From contig CAXXIN010000001.1 in the NCBI GenBank assembly GCA_963665275.2, forward strand, positions 115,580-179,579: DNA of 64,000 nt, read 5' to 3'. Both the position numbers and the translations under genes were made by a program. This document shows positions 60,043 through 64,000 of this stretch, one piece after another (the first letter of the stretch is position 1; every line of letters starts with the position of its first letter). Origin of the DNA: Negativicutes bacterium. Its GTDB lineage: Bacteria; Bacillota; Negativicutes; UBA1444. Under the pieces are notes generated by a model, which made no database searches, was not told where the DNA came from, and saw only the letters and a program-made list of their open reading frames with translations.

Positions 60043-61272
60043 ATGAACCAAGACAAGCCCTTGAGTGGGTATCGTGTGGTGGAGCTTTCCACTTTCGTTG
60101 CAGCTCCGTCGTGCGGACGGCTGTTGGCCGACTGGGGAGCCGATGTGATCAAGGTGGAGGCAGGTATCGGGGATCCTTTCCGTTATTTCGGCGCCACGAT
60201 GATGATGCCGACCCAAGAAAGCGAAGCTCCAGCATGGGAACTCTTCAACGCCAATAAAAGAGCAACTGTAATGAATCTCAAGACGGCTGAAGGACAGGAG
60301 GCGTTTCACAAACTATTGTCCACGGCCGATGTGTTTTTAACGAATAACCGCCCGGAAGCCCTGAAAAAACTGGGATTGGATTATGAAACTCTCAAAGACA
60401 AATATCCGAAGCTGATCAACGCCATCGTAACCGGGTTTGGTGAAAAAGGACCGGATGTGGATATGCCCGGATTCGATGTCGTTGCTTTTTGGGCACGCAG
60501 CGGATTCCTGGCGGATCTCGTAAAGCCGGATGAGTATCCGGTATATACCCCGGCGGGATTCGGCGACCTGACGGTAGGCAGCACTCTGTTTGCCGGAATC
60601 TGTGCGGCGCTGCTGAACCGGGGAAAAACCGGCAAAGGCGACAAAGTGTCGGTTTCGCTCTTTGGAGCATCGGTTTGGTATTCCGGTCTCATGATCACTT
60701 CGGCGCAGCCTCGCTATGGCAATGTTTTCCCGAAAGCACGTTTCAACGGGAATCCGCTTGCCATACCCTACAAGGCAAAAGACGGAGAATGGATCATGCT
60801 GAGCATCATCGAGCACGAACGGTATTGGGGCGCATTTTGTGAGGCGCTTGGACGAAAAGATCTGGTCAGCGATGCGCGATTTGCAACTCGTGAACAAATG
60901 ATGCTGAACAAAGCGGCGCTGATCGAGACGTTGGAAACGATTTTCCTCGAAAAAGACAGCACGGAATGGATGCCGATTCTGCAGAAGGCGGATATCGTGC
61001 ACGACAAACTGCGGCACATTAAAGATGTGGTCAAAGATGAGCAGGCGTGGGCCAATGACTATCTATATAATTTCACTTTTCCCAATGGGGAACAGGCCAT
61101 TTTGCCGGCAACGCCGATTCAGTCCGTCGAAATTGGCAATCTGCCACGCGAGCGGGGTCCTTTCCTGGGCGAACATACCAAGGAAATTATGGAAGAGTTG
61201 GGCTATTCGGCGGAGCAAATCGAGCAGCTGAAAATCAATAAAAGCATTAAAATCCATCCTTCCAAAGCGTAA
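60043..61272 (+). CDS. Family III CoA-transferase, HadA/FldA-like, paralog of 24720-25940
   Basis: KPLSGYRVVELSTF.AAPSCGRLLADWGA, DIVHDKLRH and DEQAWANDYL are shared with the first copy. Confidence 0.92.
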   Translation: MNQDKPLSGYRVVELSTFVAAPSCGRLLADWGADVIKVEAGIGDPFRYFGATMMMPTQESEAPAWELFNANKRATVMNLKTAEGQEAFHKLLSTADVFLTNNRPEALKKLGLDYETLKDKYPKLINAIVTGFGEKGPDVDMPGFDVVAFWARSGFLADLVKPDEYPVYTPAGFGDLTVGSTLFAGICAALLNRGKTGKGDKVSVSLFGASVWYSGLMITSAQPRYGNVFPKARFNGNPLAIPYKAKDGEWIMLSIIEHERYWGAFCEALGRKDLVSDARFATREQMMLNKAALIETLETIFLEKDSTEWMPILQKADIVHDKLRHIKDVVKDEQAWANDYLYNFTFPNGEQAILPATPIQSVEIGNLPRERGPFLGEHTKEIMEELGYSAEQIEQLKINKSIKIHPSKA

Positions 61273-61299
61273 AAAAGAAAAGAAAGAGGGAGTTTAACA

Positions 61300-62159
61300 A
61301 TGGAAATCAAACGCGTAACAGTCATCGGCGGAGGCACTATGGGACACCAAATCGCTCTGAATGCGGCAGTCAAAGGGTTCGACACAACCCTCACCGACAG
61401 CTTTCCCGGAGTATTGGATAAAGTAGCCGCCTGGAGCAAGGGATACCTGGATGGCCGGGTTACCAAGGGGAAAATGACCAGCGAAGAAGCGGTTTGAGAT
61501 CAAAAACAGATTCCATCTGGTCGAGTCTCTTGACGCAGCTATCGCCAAGGCCGACTTGGTCATTGAAGCCATTGTGGAAATTCTGGATGCCAAAAAAGAA
61601 CTTTTTGCTAAAGTTGCCAAGCTGGCGCCTGCAGATGCCATCATCGTCAGCAACTCCAGTACGTTCGTGCCCTCGTCCATGGCGGCAGCGACCGGAAAAC
61701 CGGCGAAATTCGCCAATCTTCACTACTTCAATCCGGCGCTCCATATGGATTTGGTGGAAATCGTGGTCGGACCCGAGTCCAGCCCGGACACCATCGAATC
61801 TCTGAAGAATTTTGCGGATAAAATCGGCAAAAAATCCATCACGGTTCAGAAGGAAATCGAAGGATTCATTGTCAACCGGTTGTTCGGCGCTCTGACCACT
61901 GAAGCCTGGTTCCTGGTGGAAAACGGTTATGCGACAGTTGAAGATATTGATACTGCGGCAGAAAAGGGCTTGGGACATCCAATGGGCGCCTTCCGCACGA
62001 TGGACTTGGCCGGCCTCGACACGATCTATTCCATTCGTCTGGCCAAATTCAAAGCCGGCACGGGCGCAACACCACCCAAAAATTTTGGAAGAAAAGGTCA
62101 AAAAAGGCGAACTGGGACGCAAGACAGGCAAGGGCTTCTATACCTACGATAATAAGTAA
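61300..62159 (+). CDS. 3-hydroxyacyl-CoA dehydrogenase, paralog of 29551-30411, with frameshifts near 61495 and 62080
   Basis: ORFs 61300-61497, 61556-62152 and the end of 61929-62159 reconstruct the full protein. Confidence 0.85.
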
Positions 62160-62189
62160 TCACCGCTGAGGTTGGGACACAGTCGACTC

Positions 62190-62221
62190 CCGAAAAGGGG
62201 AAACTCGTTTCCTCTTTTCGG
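62190..62221 (+). terminator. Hairpin after the dehydrogenase
   Basis: CCGAAAAGGGGAAAC-TC-GTTTCCTCTTTTCGG. Confidence 0.55.
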
Positions 62222-62295
62222 CAGGCGGCACCGGTGAAAGGCCTCGGATGTAAAAGCGAAATTCAATAAGAATTGTTGGAGGTGGCCCCGGGCTT

Positions 62296-63633
62296 ATGGA
62301 TATGGCACTGGTTAGTTTAATCGGAATTGTTGCTTCGGTTGCTGTTTATATCTGGTTTTATATTTGCCGGCATGAATGTGTGGCTTCTCTCAACTGTCGC
62401 ATCGGTGATTGTGTGCGTGCTTTCCGGCGCTGATGTCGTAAAGGCTATGATGGGGGCCGTACATGACAGGCCTTTTCCGGTTTTATCAAAAGTTATTTTC
62501 TGCTGTTTATCACCAGTGCAGTTTTGGGCAGACTGGTCAGTGACGCTGGAATTGCTTATTCCTTGGGCAATAAGTTGGCGAATGTGGCGCGGAAAAGCGG
62601 TAAGAACCAGATATTTCTGGCGACGTTTGGTCGGACCGATCCTCAATTGCCTGTTGACGTTGTCGGGGGTCAGCTTGTTTGTGGTTGTGTTTACGATGGT
62701 ATTCATTTTGCGGGATTTGTACAAGGAATTGGATATTCCGTGGCAGTTTTATGCGTTCGGGGTTTTCGGTACATCGACTATTACGTTTGGGAATGATGCC
62801 GGGGTCACCTCAGTTCCAAAATTTGATTCCGATGAAATATTTTGGAACGACTCCCATGGCTGCTCCGAATCTGGGCTTTGCCATGGCTATCCTGATGACG
62901 ATTCTTGGTCTGGCTTATATGAAATACGCCGTGTCTCGGGCGCTTCGAAGAGGGCGACGGCTACATGACTTTGGGCAAAGACTTCGAAGCTTATGTTCAA
63001 GCCAGCGGACAGGGGCAAAACACGGACCGCAAGACACACCCGGTCTGGAAGTGTATTCTGCCGCTCTGCGTTCCATTCATTTTGATGAACGGGTTTAAGC
63101 AGGATCCGGTCGTTTTCGTTGACGGCTGCGTGTATCGTCGTCTTCCTCAATGTTCAGGAAGGACCTGCCTAATGTCAAAAAAGCCCTGAACGAAGGCTTG
63201 GCCGGAGGTTTTGTGCCGGCGTTGAGCGTGGCGGCGGCCACCGGGTTTGGCGCGGTGGGTGGGCGACGATGCCGGGATTCAAACTCCTGGTGGCTTCGAT
63301 TGCCCTGATACCAGGGCCGCCGGTCCTCCAGCTGGTGATCGCTGTGGCAGTTGCAGGCGGGATCACCGGTTCGGCGTCGGCCGGACAGACCATCGCGTTA
63401 AATGCGTTGGCGAAGCAATATATTCCCCTGGTGGATGCGGAGATTGCCCACCGTCTGACAGCGTGCGCGAGCTTCGGCTCCTTTGTGCCGCATAACGGCG
63501 GAATCTTTGGCACGTTGTCGATTATCCGGATCAGTCATAAAGACATATATTATCATTATTTGATCCTGGGCGGGATTATACCGGCATTGTGACGATGTTC
63601 GGAGTGTTTCTGGCCGGACTCGGCGTCAAATAA
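62296..63633 (+). CDS. GntP-like permease, paralog of 20905-22239, with multiple frameshifts
   Basis: Fragments GRLVSDAGIAYS, RDLYKELDIPWQFY, MPGSPQFQNLIPMKYFG, HPVWKC, GITGSASAG and PHNGGIF occur in collinear order. Confidence 0.8.
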
Positions 63634-63690
63634 CTAAAGAGTGTCCTGTACGCTCGTCGTACAAATTTTAAATATTAGGGAGAGATAAAC

Positions 63691-64000
63691 ATGAAAAAAG
63701 CAGTAATTGTATCCGCGGTGCGTTCGGCGATAGGTAAACACGTCGACAGTGGACGACAACCCCTTCGGCGTCACTGGCAGCGAGCACGATCAAAGAAGCC
63801 GTCAAACGGGCGGGTGTCGATCCGAAAGAAATCGAAGACGTCATCATGGGCAATATCATGGGACCTCATGGCAATCACGCCCGACTTGCCGCCTTGATGG
63901 CCGAATCCCGATCGAAGCCGGCGCAACAACTATCGACCGTCAATGCGGTTCAGGCAGTCAGGCGATCGTGAATGCGGCGCTGAATATCATGACAGGCAAC
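63691..64000 (+). CDS. Thiolase, paralog of 27015-28175 (frameshifted and truncated by the window end)
   Basis: MKKAVIVSAVRSAIGKH, EIEDVIMGNIMGPHGNHARLAALM and TTIDRQCGSGSQAIVNAA. Confidence 0.85.

Noticed and set aside
62160-62295. Structured intergenic region as a riboswitch or tRNA
   Set aside because: Only one simple hairpin is evident, and no known RNA motif was recognised.

Overview
Chromosomal window from an anaerobic, probably diderm Firmicute (Negativicutes/Sporomusaceae-like; inferred from rnmV-rsmA together with an OmpP1/FadL beta-barrel gene). It has three zones. (1) 0.2-14.5 kb: a sigma54-driven region with a Ser-type arylsulfatase, its radical-SAM maturase, a FadL-like outer-membrane protein, several uncharacterised exported or membrane proteins, DUF2254 and a GH63/GH13 pair. 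Both sigma54 promoters here are preceded, about 160 bp upstream, by the same palindromic array of 13-bp units. (2) 14.6-19.8 kb: methyltransferase, rnmV, rsmA, a CAP protein and a MarR-controlled flavin/Fe-S operon. (3) 19.9-64 kb: a large, internally duplicated acyl-CoA cluster. It holds four intact family III CoA-transferases plus a relic, three DASS and two GntP-like carriers, an SSS symporter, beta-oxidation enzymes, two acyl-CoA dehydrogenases, fixCXAB, two FabK/NMO-like flavoproteins, FadH-like and phytoene-desaturase-like reductases, two chemoreceptors and several regulators. A perfect 48-bp palindrome at 59.9 kb encodes two back-to-back sigma54 promoters. Several genes carry frameshifts, which are probably assembly errors. 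No rRNA, tRNA, CRISPR array or transposase was recognised. All product calls come from motif recognition, not database searches.
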